Sequence record: SRR16203515_1217
Strand: one strand, 5' to 3'
Length of the DNA stretch: 39,421 nucleotides
Under the pieces are notes generated by a model. It saw only the letters and a list, made by a program, of their open reading frames with translations, did no database searches and was not told the origin of the DNA. A program made the translations under genes and the position numbers. Positions 1 through 9,650 of this stretch are shown piece after piece. Each line of letters opens with the position of its first letter. The stretch's first letter is position 1.

Positions 1-103
1 GGTTCTTGAGTTGCCACTTCCAGTCATTCCAGTCGGAGGGGTCGACATGGGACCAGTGACCTTGTCCGGAATGCCAATTTTCTAAGGCGTCGTTTGGATA
101 CAT
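1..103 (-). CDS. KamA-family radical SAM protein (lysine 2,3-aminomutase-like), 5' end only
   Basis: Manual translation from ATG at 103: MYPNDALENWHSGQGHWSHVDPSDWNDWKWQLKN, running off the window. W-x-D-W-x-W-Q-L-x-N is the characteristic KamA/AblA N-terminal motif. Not in the ORF track. Confidence 0.8.
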   Translation of the reverse strand, partial: MYPNDALENWHSGQGHWSHVDPSDWNDWKWQLKN

Positions 104-147
104 GGGAGGATTGGTGGCAGCAAAATTGAATTTAGAGCTTGTTTAAG

Positions 148-171
148 ACGTATATAAGTATTGATATATGT
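148..171. promoter_or_regulatory. Putative ArsR/SmtB operator (imperfect 11-2-11 inverted repeat)
   Basis: ACGTATATAAG-TA-TTGATATATGT, 8/11 symmetric and AT-rich, lying between the divergent kamA-like and arsR genes; resembles the 12-2-12 operators of this family. Confidence 0.4.
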
Positions 172-181
172 AAATAAGTCA

Positions 182-496
182 ATGAAAACTGAAGTGGCAA
201 CTCTGGAGATTGAAACGATGGCCCGGCAATTTTGGGCGATTGGAGATCCGGTGCGTTTACGGATTCTGCGGATGCTGCCATCGGAGCCTAGTTGTGAGGA
301 GGCTTGCAATGTTTCAAAGATCGCGGAACGGATCGGGCTTTCGCAGCCGTCGACCTCGCATCACTTGCGGGTCTTGCGTCAGGCGGGAATCATCACGAAC
401 AAGAAGATGTGCCGTGATATGATCTACTGGGTGCGACCCGAAGCCTTGAGTGAACTGCAGGCAGAGCTCGGTTTGGTTTTAAAGGGGGAGGCTTAA
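182..496 (+). CDS. ArsR/SmtB family transcriptional regulator
   Basis: A-I-G-D-P-V-R-L-R-I-L and LSQPSTSHHLRVLRQAGII winged-HTH signatures; Cys in CEEACNV and KMCRD. Start placed at ATG 182. Confidence 0.92.
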   Translation: MKTEVATLEIETMARQFWAIGDPVRLRILRMLPSEPSCEEACNVSKIAERIGLSQPSTSHHLRVLRQAGIITNKKMCRDMIYWVRPEALSELQAELGLVLKGEA

Positions 497-499
497 GCG

Positions 500-2236
500 A
501 TGAACAAAGCGGACATTGTAGCAGCGCTGGAGGAGATCGCGATTTTGTTGGAATTGCAGGGGGAGAATCCTTTTAAGATACGGGCCTATCAGACCGGCGC
601 GCGGGCGCTGGAGACCATGGAGGAAGATTTGGACGCGCTGCTGGAGGCGGAAGAATTGGGAAAGTTGCCGGGGATGGGTTCGGCACTGATTGAGAAGGTC
701 GCGACCTTGCGGGCGAGTGGGGCATTGCCATTTTTGGACAAACTGCGTGCATCGGTGGAGCCGGGCTTAATTGAAATGTTGGAGATTCCCGGGCTGGGGG
801 CAAAGCGGGTACGCAAAATGCACGAGGCGCTCGGGGTAGAAACAATTGAAGCCTTGAAAGCGGCCTGTGAAAGCGGAGCGGTCGCGGGGCTCAAAGGACT
901 CGGCGCCAAGACCGCGGAGAAAATATTGCTGGGGATTGAGCAACGGGCGGCGTATGCGAAACGGCATTTGTGGTGGATGGCGGATGGGATCGCCCGCCCG
1001 ATTTTGAAGGGTTTGCGTGGACTTCCGGAGGTCAAGCGGGCGGAGATTGCGGGGAGCCTGCGGCGTTTAAAGGAAACGGTGGGTGATTTGGATTTTGTGG
1101 TGGCGGCCTCGGAGGTCGAACCGGTGATGGAATGGTTCGTTTCACAATCCACGGTTGAATCGGTGACCGCGCAGGGCACGACCAAGTCGAGTGTGCGTTT
1201 TAAGGGTGGCTTACAGGCGGATTTGCGAGTGGTGCCGGAGGAGCAATTCGCCTTTGCCTTGCATCATTTTACGGGCTCGAAGGAACACAATGTCGCTTTG
1301 CGGCAACGGGCGCTGGCGCGGGGTTACAGTTTGAGTGAGTGGGGTTTGACAAAGAAGGGTGAGCCGGATGCGAAGCCTGAAGGCCATGGAATCGAGAGCG
1401 AGGCGGGTTTATTTGAATTGCTTGGCTTGGCGGAGATTCTGCCGGAGTTGCGCGAAGGGATGGGCGAAATTGAAGCGGCGGAAAGTGGGCCACTTCCAAA
1501 ACTACTCAAGCCGGAATGGGTGCGGGGAGTCTTTCATAATCACACCGACGCTTCGGACGGGCGCGATACCCTTGAAGCGATGGCACAGGCGGCAAAGGAA
1601 CTGGGTTTTGAATACCTCGGTCTGGCGGATCATTCAAAAGCGAGCTTTCAGGCCAATGGCCTCGATGATGCCCGGGTCTTGAAACAGCTCGAAAAAGTGC
1701 GGGCTTTCAATGCCTCCGCGGAAGGTGGCGCACACCTCTTTGCGGGGATTGAGTGTGATATTTTAAAAGATGGTTCGCTGGATTTGGAGGATGCGACCCT
1801 CGCGGCCTTGGATTACGTGGTGGTTTCGGTGCATTCGGCGTTTGGGATGGGTGAGACGGATATGACGGCGCGGGTGATACGTGCGATTGAGCACCCCGCC
1901 ACCACCATGCTGGGTCACCCCACCGGCCGCCTTCTGCTTCGTCGCGAGGCCTATGCCATTGATTTGGCGAAAATTATCGATGCCGCCATTGCGAACCGGG
2001 TCATCATTGAGATCAATGCGAACCCGCAACGGCTGGACCTCGACTGGCGCTTGTGGCGGCGGGCGGCGGAGCGCGGGCTGCATTGCGCGATCAATCCCGA
2101 TGCGCACAGTACCTCGGGCTTGGAGTACTTTCGGGCGGGGGTGAATATTGCCCGGAAGGGCTGGATCCCGGAGGAACAGGTCTTGAATTGCCGTGACCTT
2201 TCGGGGGTGAAGCGCTGGTTTGCGGAGCGTCAATAG
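500..2236 (+). CDS. polX: DNA polymerase X / PHP-domain 3'-5' exonuclease
   Basis: [11 protein letters not shown]-terminus, HhH motifs, GSLRR..GDLD catalytic motif, FTGSKEHN, and PHP metal ligands (HNH, ADH, GIE, SVH, GHPTGR, NPDAH). Confidence 0.96.
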   Translation: MNKADIVAALEEIAILLELQGENPFKIRAYQTGARALETMEEDLDALLEAEELGKLPGMGSALIEKVATLRASGALPFLDKLRASVEPGLIEMLEIPGLGAKRVRKMHEALGVETIEALKAACESGAVAGLKGLGAKTAEKILLGIEQRAAYAKRHLWWMADGIARPILKGLRGLPEVKRAEIAGSLRRLKETVGDLDFVVAASEVEPVMEWFVSQSTVESVTAQGTTKSSVRFKGGLQADLRVVPEEQFAFALHHFTGSKEHNVALRQRALARGYSLSEWGLTKKGEPDAKPEGHGIESEAGLFELLGLAEILPELREGMGEIEAAESGPLPKLLKPEWVRGVFHNHTDASDGRDTLEAMAQAAKELGFEYLGLADHSKASFQANGLDDARVLKQLEKVRAFNASAEGGAHLFAGIECDILKDGSLDLEDATLAALDYVVVSVHSAFGMGETDMTARVIRAIEHPATTMLGHPTGRLLLRREAYAIDLAKIIDAAIANRVIIEINANPQRLDLDWRLWRRAAERGLHCAINPDAHSTSGLEYFRAGVNIARKGWIPEEQVLNCRDLSGVKRWFAERQ

Positions 2237-2383
2237 CGAGGCTCGATACGTGCTTGTAATAGAGCGGATTAGGGATTTAATACAAAAAATAACTAAGGAT
2301 TATTTTGCACAAAAAAACATGCGATTTGATCCCCGAAGGCGACTTACCCCGACTGTCTTTACTCTCTAAATAGCACAAGATTT

Positions 2384-3877
2384 ATGGATTGGAATTCACT
2401 CACCGTGATATTTGTAGTAGCGGGGGCTACAACTGCAGTGACTGCGTTGGTGGTTCGTCGGTATTACCTGTCGCTCGTGCAGTCTGGTGTGCAAAAGGGA
2501 GCGGTGGAGGCACGTGAGGCAAAACTCGCCCTGCGCGAAAAAGAATCGGAACTGGAGGTGAAATACCGGAGCCGTGAAGCCGAGCAGGAATCGAGGGCCC
2601 GCGAGTTGAACCGGCTTGAAACGCAACTGGAAGCGGAACAAGAAAAACTGTCAACGAAGGCGAGTGAAGTGGAAGCGGCGCGGCAGGAATTGGATTCCAG
2701 CGACAACGAGGCGGAGAAGACCCGACGGTTGTATCGCATGAAGCTGCACCAAATCACCCAGATGGATGAGGCGGAAGCGCGGCAAATCTTATTAAAGGAC
2801 ACGTGGAAGGAATGTGAGACCGAATTGCGTTCCCTGCGGCAGGAGTATTTGAGTGAATCGGAGGCCTCCCTAAAGGAAGAAGCGCAGCGGATTTTACTGG
2901 CGGCGATGCAACGCATCACGAGTAAGCCAATGCATGACGCGACCGCAACGGTGGTATCGCTCCCGGAGGAAGCGCTCAAGGGACGCATCATCGGGAAGGA
3001 CGGGCGGAATATTCGCACCTTTGAACATGCCACCGGAACCACCCTCTTGATCGATGAGGCGCCCGACTCGGTCTTGATTTCGAGCTTCGATCCGGTGCGG
3101 CGGGAAATTGCACGAATTGCACTCGAGGCTTTATTGCGTGATGGACGCATTCAACCCGCCAGCATTGAGGAGGCGGTTGTTGCCGCAGAAGAGGACATGG
3201 ATGCCAATATCATTCAGCTGGGGGAGGCCGCCCTGCGCCGCCTGCGTCTCAGCACGATGCATCCCGAAATGGTGGGCTTGTTGGGCAAGTTGAACTACCG
3301 GCTCTCGAACAATCAAAATACCCTCGAGCACTCGATCGAGGTTGCCAATATCTGTGCCCTGCTTGCTTCGGAGGTGGGGCTGGACCCGGCCCTTGCCAAG
3401 CGAGCCGGGTTGTTGCACGACCTTGGTAAAGCAGTGGATGAGGACTACTCAAGCAGTCATGCTATTGCGGGGGCGGACATCGCACGGCGTTGTGGTGAAG
3501 AGGTCCGGGTGGTCAACGCCATTGCGGCACACCACAAGGAAGTGCCTGCGGAAAGCGCCTATGCCGCCCTTGTGATGGTTGGAGATTCGCTCTCGGCGGT
3601 ACGCCCCGGAGTGCGGACCTCTTCCATTGATAGTTTTATCGGACGGGTAAGGAGTATTGAAGCCATTGCTCAGGAAGAGAAGGGAGTCAGTGAGGCCTTC
3701 GCCATTCAGTCCGGGCGTGAAGTTCGGGTGATTGTTGATCCCGGAAGCGTCACCGATGATGCCGCACGGCAAATTGCGCGCCGTATTCGAAGCCGGATCG
3801 AAGAGGAGCTCAACTACCCCGGCAGCATTGAAATCACCGTGATTCGCGAACAAAGATTCAGCGAAACCGCGGTCTGA
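2384..3877 (+). CDS. rny: Ribonuclease Y (TM anchor, coiled coil, KH, HD)
   Basis: N-terminal TM helix, [15 protein letters not shown] motif, LLHDLGK HD motif, [10 protein letters not shown] and [13 protein letters not shown]-terminus. Confidence 0.93.
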   Translation: MDWNSLTVIFVVAGATTAVTALVVRRYYLSLVQSGVQKGAVEAREAKLALREKESELEVKYRSREAEQESRARELNRLETQLEAEQEKLSTKASEVEAARQELDSSDNEAEKTRRLYRMKLHQITQMDEAEARQILLKDTWKECETELRSLRQEYLSESEASLKEEAQRILLAAMQRITSKPMHDATATVVSLPEEALKGRIIGKDGRNIRTFEHATGTTLLIDEAPDSVLISSFDPVRREIARIALEALLRDGRIQPASIEEAVVAAEEDMDANIIQLGEAALRRLRLSTMHPEMVGLLGKLNYRLSNNQNTLEHSIEVANICALLASEVGLDPALAKRAGLLHDLGKAVDEDYSSSHAIAGADIARRCGEEVRVVNAIAAHHKEVPAESAYAALVMVGDSLSAVRPGVRTSSIDSFIGRVRSIEAIAQEEKGVSEAFAIQSGREVRVIVDPGSVTDDAARQIARRIRSRIEEELNYPGSIEITVIREQRFSETAV

Positions 3878-3931
3878 GGTGGCGTGTCACATAGGCTTGT
3901 TCTTGCTCATTTTATACGCTTTACTACTTGC

Positions 3932-5035
3932 ATGTATCTAAAGTTCAAACCGCTGAGCCGCTGGATTGCAATCATGGTGCTGGTTGCGCCTTATGCCTCG
4001 ACCCTTTCGGCAGCGACCCAGGAAGTGCAGCTCAAAAGCGGGGAACGCCTCTTGGGCGATATATTGCCTGAGTCCAATGAAGAAACCATGCACCTGCGTT
4101 CGCAGTTGCTCGGGACCCTTCAAGTACCCCGCAGTTCCATCGCTTCAATCAAGGCCTTGCCTGTCGCCAAACCCGCGCCACAGCCGGCAGCTGCTACGAA
4201 ACCGAAGCCGCCGGTCGCGCCCAAACCCGCGCCCAAGCCGGCCGTTGCTGCTCCGCCCGCGCCCAAACCTCAGCCGGCCCCAAAACCCGCTGTGCAAGCC
4301 ACCCAGGAACCAAAACTTAAGCACTTGTTTAAAACGGTAAAGGATTTCAAAACGCCCGCCTCTTGGAGTGGTAACCTGCGGATTGGTATGAACCTAAGCA
4401 CCGGTGACCGTTTGTTTTCCGAGCATTACGCCCGCGGGCAGTTGTCGATCCAACCCAAAGGCAGTAAAAACTTCTTCCGTTTCGGCGGTTCCTACAGTTA
4501 TCGCAAGAATGAATATGCCAATGGAAGCACCCGCATAACGAGTGACAAATTTGACATGAGCTCACTCTACCGGCGGAGCTTTTCCAAAGGCTGGTTCTTC
4601 CAAAACTCCATGGGTTACCGGGTCGATAATGTCAAAGGGATCGACCACGAAATAAAAGAATCCATTGGTGGGGGTTACAAATTCAAACTATTCAAGGACC
4701 AGGTAGAGATCAATATTGGTAGTGGCCTCGGTCTGGAGGAATACCGAGCCAGTAAAACCACGGACTTGCGCAACGGTCAGAACACCATCGTCAATATCTT
4801 CCAGGAATTGACCTGGAAAGTATCGAAGCGCACCACATTTTCCGAAAAGTTCAATTTCTTTCGTAACCTGAAGGATGAAGATTTGTATGATTACAATTTC
4901 TCCGCGGCGTTTCGAACGCGCTTGACCGATGTTTTCGGACTAGAGCTTTCCTACCGCAAAGACTTTGACAGTGAAGTCGGTGGAAAAAAGAAGGACGACA
5001 GCCAATGGCGTAGTGCCTTTGTAGTTTACTTCTAG
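3932..5035 (+). CDS. DUF481-like outer-membrane beta-barrel protein with N-terminal domain and Pro-rich linker
   Basis: Signal peptide, small N-domain, PAPK-rich linker, amphipathic beta-strands starting at WSGNLRIG, terminal VVYF (BAM-type C-terminal Phe). Start placed at ATG 3932. Confidence 0.7.
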   Translation: MYLKFKPLSRWIAIMVLVAPYASTLSAATQEVQLKSGERLLGDILPESNEETMHLRSQLLGTLQVPRSSIASIKALPVAKPAPQPAAATKPKPPVAPKPAPKPAVAAPPAPKPQPAPKPAVQATQEPKLKHLFKTVKDFKTPASWSGNLRIGMNLSTGDRLFSEHYARGQLSIQPKGSKNFFRFGGSYSYRKNEYANGSTRITSDKFDMSSLYRRSFSKGWFFQNSMGYRVDNVKGIDHEIKESIGGGYKFKLFKDQVEINIGSGLGLEEYRASKTTDLRNGQNTIVNIFQELTWKVSKRTTFSEKFNFFRNLKDEDLYDYNFSAAFRTRLTDVFGLELSYRKDFDSEVGGKKKDDSQWRSAFVVYF

Positions 5036-5039
5036 CATG

Positions 5040-5077
5040 AAAAAACCCGCGGGCGGTGAAACCGGCGGGTTTAAAAA
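5040..5077 (-). terminator. Intrinsic terminator between the convergent DUF481-like gene and tRNA-Asp (possibly bidirectional)
   Basis: AAACCCGC...GCGGGTTT stem with inner CGGT-GAA-ACCG, flanked by A/T runs; a U6 tract follows the stem on the minus strand. Confidence 0.7.
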
Positions 5078-5155
<78 letters not shown>

Positions 5156-5177
5156 TTGAACAAAGAGTAAGGCGCAA

Positions 5178-5205
5178 AAAGTAGAGCTGGAGCGGATCAA
5201 GTCAA
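5178..5205 (-). promoter_or_regulatory. Sigma70-type promoter of tRNA-Asp
   Basis: Minus strand TTGACT-16 nt-TACTTT followed by a GC-rich discriminator (TTGCGCC), about 24 nt upstream of the tRNA. Confidence 0.6.
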
Positions 5206-5339
5206 GCGATGTTTTTTTGAAAATTTTAGGCGGGGTGGGGCTAGTGGTGTGTGTTTTATGGGGTTGGCGTTCCTTTGTTGCCATGGCGGCGCGAGCTTGG
5301 TCTGATTTTAGAATACAAAGGAGCGACCTGTCTCTTGGA

Positions 5340-6221
5340 ATGAAAACGATGTATATAATCAGTGGCCCCACCGCGGTGGGCAAAACGGACTATGCCCTAA
5401 GCTATGCCGAAGGGCACGATGCGGAAATTGTTTCCTGCGATGCTTCCTTGGTTTATCGGGGCATGGATATCGGGACCGCGAAACCCACGGCGGCGGAAAG
5501 GGCGCGCGTGCCGCACCATATGATAGATGTGCGACCGGTCGACCAGCCCTACGACATTGTAGCTTATGAAGCGGAGGCGCAGGCGGCGGTAGCGGAGATC
5601 ACGGCACGGGGCAAGGCGGTGTTGGTGACGGGGGGCAGCGGATTTTATTTAAAGAGTTTTCTGGCGGCGGTAACGGATGGCGTGGTTGTTCCTTTAGAGG
5701 TGCGGCAAGCGGTGGAAGCTCTTGAGGCGAAGGAGGGTTTGCCGGGCTTGCTTGCGGCTTTGAGGTCTTGTAGCGAGGAAGGTTTTGGATCGCTGGACAC
5801 TCAGAATCCACGGCGGTTGATGCGAGCCCTGGAGCGTTGTCGCGCGACGGGCCGGAGTTTGCCGGAGTTACAGGCAGAGTTTGCGGCGCGCCCCGAGCCC
5901 TATGCGGAATTTTCCAAGCATTTGATTTTGCTGGAGCGCGATGCTGGGGAATTGCGCGAACGGGTTGCCTTGCGCGCGGAGGCGATGCTGGCGAATGGCC
6001 TGATTGATGAAGTTCAGGGCTTGCGGGAGCAGGGGATTGAGAAAAATCCGAGCGCGGCGAGTGCGATTGGTTACCGTGAAACCCTCGCCTATTTGCGTGG
6101 GGATTTGGAGCGTAGCCGACTCGCGGAAAGCATCATTCAAAATACGATGCACCTTGTCAAAAAGCAGCGTACTTGGTTTCGCAGTCAGATTCGTGAACCC
6201 GATGAGCGTATCATTTTATAG
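5340..6221 (+). CDS. miaA: tRNA dimethylallyltransferase
   Basis: GPTAVGKT, DASLVYRGMDIGTAKP, PHHMID, GGSGFY, AIGY, KKQRTWF. Start placed at ATG 5340. Confidence 0.97.
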   Translation: MKTMYIISGPTAVGKTDYALSYAEGHDAEIVSCDASLVYRGMDIGTAKPTAAERARVPHHMIDVRPVDQPYDIVAYEAEAQAAVAEITARGKAVLVTGGSGFYLKSFLAAVTDGVVVPLEVRQAVEALEAKEGLPGLLAALRSCSEEGFGSLDTQNPRRLMRALERCRATGRSLPELQAEFAARPEPYAEFSKHLILLERDAGELRERVALRAEAMLANGLIDEVQGLREQGIEKNPSAASAIGYRETLAYLRGDLERSRLAESIIQNTMHLVKKQRTWFRSQIREPDERIIL

Positions 6222-6289
6222 CGCTTGAATGCTTCTGTCGGCGAAGGGGTTGACAGTCAGGAACATCCCACCTAAAGATAAGCGTTAAG

Positions 6290-6892
6290 ATGGGGACTGG
6301 ACTGAAATACAGAGTATTGGTTTTAAACCGGCTTTGGCAGGCAGTTAACATCGTGGGTGTGCCGCGCGCTTTCAGCCTCTTGTTGCAGGATCACGCGCAG
6401 GTCATCAATACCGGCGACGGCAGTTTCGAGTTGCTCAATTGCGAACGTTGGCTGGAGCATTCCGCGGAAGAGACACCGGGCGATAATGAAGCCTTTGTGC
6501 AAACTGTACGGCTTCGCATCCGTGTCCCAAAGGTGTTGCTTTTGCGGGAGTATGACCGCCTCCCCGTGCAGGAGGTGAAATTTTCACGTGAAAGTCTTTT
6601 TGAGCGGGACAATTACCGTTGTCAGTATTGTGGCAACGCCTTTGAGGCCGAGAAGCTGAATATGGATCATGTTATTCCCCGCGACCGCGGCGGCCGCACC
6701 AGTTGGGAGAATATCGTCACCTCCTGCATCCGTTGTAATTCGCGAAAAGCGAACCGCTTGCCACATCAAGCGGAGATGCACTTGATTCGCAAACCGGAGC
6801 GGCCGCGTTGGCGGCCCTTTATCAGTTCCCTCATCGGTCAGGAATACGACCGGGAGTGGGACCACTTCATTAAGCTCAAGCAAGCGGGCTAA
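6290..6892 (+). CDS. HNH endonuclease family protein
   Basis: VLVLN N-terminus; RDNYRCQYCG...DHVIPRDRGGRTSWENIVTSCIRCNSRK (HNH with two CxxC pairs). Confidence 0.92.
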   Translation: MGTGLKYRVLVLNRLWQAVNIVGVPRAFSLLLQDHAQVINTGDGSFELLNCERWLEHSAEETPGDNEAFVQTVRLRIRVPKVLLLREYDRLPVQEVKFSRESLFERDNYRCQYCGNAFEAEKLNMDHVIPRDRGGRTSWENIVTSCIRCNSRKANRLPHQAEMHLIRKPERPRWRPFISSLIGQEYDREWDHFIKLKQAG

Positions 6893-9621
6893 TCATTCCC
6901 GCCAGGCAGGAGATTGCGCGGGTCGTAAAGCGAGCGAACCGTCTGGTCATCCAAAGTACCGGTGATCCGAAATTGTAAGAGGTAGTTGAGCGGATTCAAA
7001 ATATCGGTGATTGGTTTAAAAGGGTTAAATTTTTCGTTGAGGCTACCGGTGAGATCAACGCCGACCACGAGGTCGAGGGCCTGGTCGGAGAGTTTCAGGG
7101 TGCCGTTTGCTTCGATACGGGTTTGTGGCCCGGTAATATTCAAGGGGCTGAATTTCAAGTAACCCCCTGCGAGCGCAAAATCGCTACGCATTTGGTTGAG
7201 TTTGAGCGAGGTGAATCCGAGGGGGGTTTTTTCAAGGATCATGGAAAAAGGCCCGAGTAGCTGAATCTTTGCAAGCTTCTCGTAGTCGAGGTTGAAGCGA
7301 CCAAAGCCGGAATGCTGGTCTAGATCGTTCGCCGGTCCTTCAGATTGGAGGTAGAGCTGGACGAGTCCATTCTCGGAGGAGTCGGGGCTGGGTGCCTCTG
7401 GATCGCGGGCGGCATTTTCTTTAAAATCTGCCAATAGTGCGCGAGTGTGGGAGTAGTCGGCATTGTTTACCTGCAGGTCGAGGCGCAACCAGGGGGCTGC
7501 CCCTGAGGGTGCCTTAAATTGATCGATGGCTCCGGTCCCTACCCCCCCCGCCATGCCAAAGTCGAGTTTGCGAATGGAGAGACCTTGCTCGCGGGCGTAA
7601 AGTTTAAAGCGCAGGTATTGAAGGGGGAGGTTGTGGTACTCGAGCGGCTCAGGGGCATCAACATCCAGTTCCAGGTGGCTCATGCCTTCAAATTGAGGGT
7701 AGTCTTTTTCGCGGAATTGGGCGGCCTGAAAGCGCAGGTGTGGTGCCTGGGTGGTATTGAAAAGGGCGAGCTTTGTGGCGGTCTGGGGCGGGAGGAGCTT
7801 GCGCAATTTTTGCAGGGGTAGCCTTCCTTTCAGGTCGTATCGGATCGCCGCGGAAGCGCGGATCTCGTCCGGGTAGCCGGTAAATTGAATATCACCCTTG
7901 ATCCAGTCGGCACCGCTTTGGGCATCCAGCTTATGGATTTCGACATATCGGTTCCGGCCCCGCAGAGTGAATTGACCCGCGTGGATCGGAACGTTTCGGT
8001 AGGCAAGTTTGCGGGCCTCAAATTGACCGTAATAGAAGTCCGTGGAGAAGGGGCTTGTTTTGCCGTAAATGACGCAGTCCCCTCCCACTTGGCTTTCGTC
8101 ATTAAACGAAAAATCCTTGTTAAAGATATTCCTCCACCAATGCGGCATGAAGGGATTGTAGTGCGCGGGGATCAGTCGCCCCTGGGTGCGGATGTCATAG
8201 GTTTGAGATTCAAAATTTTGGAAGAAGTCGAGTGCCAGCCATTGGGTTCCGCGTTTAAAGCGGAGGGGTTGAATGTTGAGGCCTTTGGAATCCAAACCGG
8301 CATTCAGGGTAACGACTTCAAAGTCGACTCCATTGAGTTGTGGTTGGATGAAATGGGCGAAAGCACGAGCCTTGGGTTGCTCGAACCGGGGGCCCCATTG
8401 GAGTTTAACCTCACAATACGAGGGGCCGGACAGTTGGAGCTTCGGGAGCTGCTTCACGGCTGCATCGCTTAAGAGGGTTTGGGGATTTAAGGCTCCCTGT
8501 AGGATGCCGGTGCCGGAATAAGTCTCGCTATTGAGGGTGCCTTCAAAAGCAATAGAACCGTCAAAGCCATTTCCGAGCGCGACAAGTTTTACGGATTCGG
8601 GGCCCGTTCGAGATAATTGCAGGGTGGCGGCCTGAACCGACTTTCCGAACGCGGAGATTGCATCCGCGCGAATCCAACAGTTTGGCCATTGTCCGTTTGC
8701 GAGGGCGAGGGCTTCATGGGTTGGAATTTGACCAGTGGGGTTTTTTACGTGAAAGCGTTGCCCTTGCTCATAAACAAGGCTGGATGCTCCAAAATGAAGG
8801 GTCTCATCCAGTGCAAGGCTCCCAGCTTCGAGTTTTGCAAGCGTACGGATTTGGAGGGCGTTAATTTCAAGGACATTATGGCTGAAGTGCTCCGCCTCAA
8901 GAGACACGGCGAGTTGGAGCGCCTCGTTTGGGCCTGCTGCAGTACGGGGCCGCTGGTCCTGATCGAGGCGCAGGCGCAGGAGCGGGTCTTGTACGGTCTG
9001 GAGGAAGGCCGCTCGCTCGGGGGTATAGGCGAGTTGTTCAAAGAGGGATTTAAGCGGGTCTGCAGTGGTCGTACCGGTTGCGTTTATTCCGGGCAGACTA
9101 GCGGCTTCGATGGAGGCACTCGCGACAATGCGAAGTGGGCCATACCGTGCCGTGAAAGCCTTGAGGTTGAGGACCGCATCCTCTGGGGAAAACCCCAGAT
9201 CAAGGCCTAGTTCGCGGAGGACTTCATGCCGTTGCCCATCGGGGGCGTAAGGTGCGGGTTGAAAGAGAGTGCCCCGGTAGAGGGACAGTTGCGCAAGGGA
9301 TTTTGAGCCGGGTGTAAACTGAAGGTCTAAGCATTGGGCCTCGATGATGGGGGAGGGGAGGCCCTCTTGAAAAACCTTTGCCTCATAGATGCGCAAGGTT
9401 CCACTTAGCTCAAGTTCGTAGGACTGCTCCTGAAAGTAGAAGTCCTCGATCGAATGTTTCCGAAGCCATTCGTTCGCCAAATTGGCGGGTAGCGGAATAT
9501 GGCCAAATGCGAGGAGGCAATAAAGGAGGAGTCCCTGTAGCCCCAGTGCTACAAGGAGGAAGGTTTTTAACAAGAAAGCTCCGGCATGCATGCCAAGAGG
9601 GATGATTTGTTTCTGGGACAT
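6889..9621 (-). CDS. AsmA-like family protein (N-terminal anchor, repeated beta-groove, AsmA_2-like C-terminus)
   Basis: 910 aa, single N-terminal hydrophobic segment, beta-rich body, C-terminal ANGTLKLSDQALDL...FRITGTLDDQ pattern typical of the AsmA/YhdP clan. Confidence 0.65.
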   Translation of the reverse strand: MSQKQIIPLGMHAGAFLLKTFLLVALGLQGLLLYCLLAFGHIPLPANLANEWLRKHSIEDFYFQEQSYELELSGTLRIYEAKVFQEGLPSPIIEAQCLDLQFTPGSKSLAQLSLYRGTLFQPAPYAPDGQRHEVLRELGLDLGFSPEDAVLNLKAFTARYGPLRIVASASIEAASLPGINATGTTTADPLKSLFEQLAYTPERAAFLQTVQDPLLRLRLDQDQRPRTAAGPNEALQLAVSLEAEHFSHNVLEINALQIRTLAKLEAGSLALDETLHFGASSLVYEQGQRFHVKNPTGQIPTHEALALANGQWPNCWIRADAISAFGKSVQAATLQLSRTGPESVKLVALGNGFDGSIAFEGTLNSETYSGTGILQGALNPQTLLSDAAVKQLPKLQLSGPSYCEVKLQWGPRFEQPKARAFAHFIQPQLNGVDFEVVTLNAGLDSKGLNIQPLRFKRGTQWLALDFFQNFESQTYDIRTQGRLIPAHYNPFMPHWWRNIFNKDFSFNDESQVGGDCVIYGKTSPFSTDFYYGQFEARKLAYRNVPIHAGQFTLRGRNRYVEIHKLDAQSGADWIKGDIQFTGYPDEIRASAAIRYDLKGRLPLQKLRKLLPPQTATKLALFNTTQAPHLRFQAAQFREKDYPQFEGMSHLELDVDAPEPLEYHNLPLQYLRFKLYAREQGLSIRKLDFGMAGGVGTGAIDQFKAPSGAAPWLRLDLQVNNADYSHTRALLADFKENAARDPEAPSPDSSENGLVQLYLQSEGPANDLDQHSGFGRFNLDYEKLAKIQLLGPFSMILEKTPLGFTSLKLNQMRSDFALAGGYLKFSPLNITGPQTRIEANGTLKLSDQALDLVVGVDLTGSLNEKFNPFKPITDILNPLNYLLQFRITGTLDDQTVRSLYDPRNLLPGGND

Positions 9622-9650
9622 ATCCGGCAGGTGGAGGGCTTGCGATACGT

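Noticed and set aside
182..496. Arsenic-resistance operon
   Set aside because: No arsB/acr3/arsC/arsM in the window; only a family-level ArsR call is supported.
5217..5339. Upstream extensions of miaA (and likewise pheA 22484, helicase 23709, pstA 35367)
   Set aside because: Longest-ORF artefacts that overlap promoters or neighbouring genes; family homology starts at the downstream ATGs.
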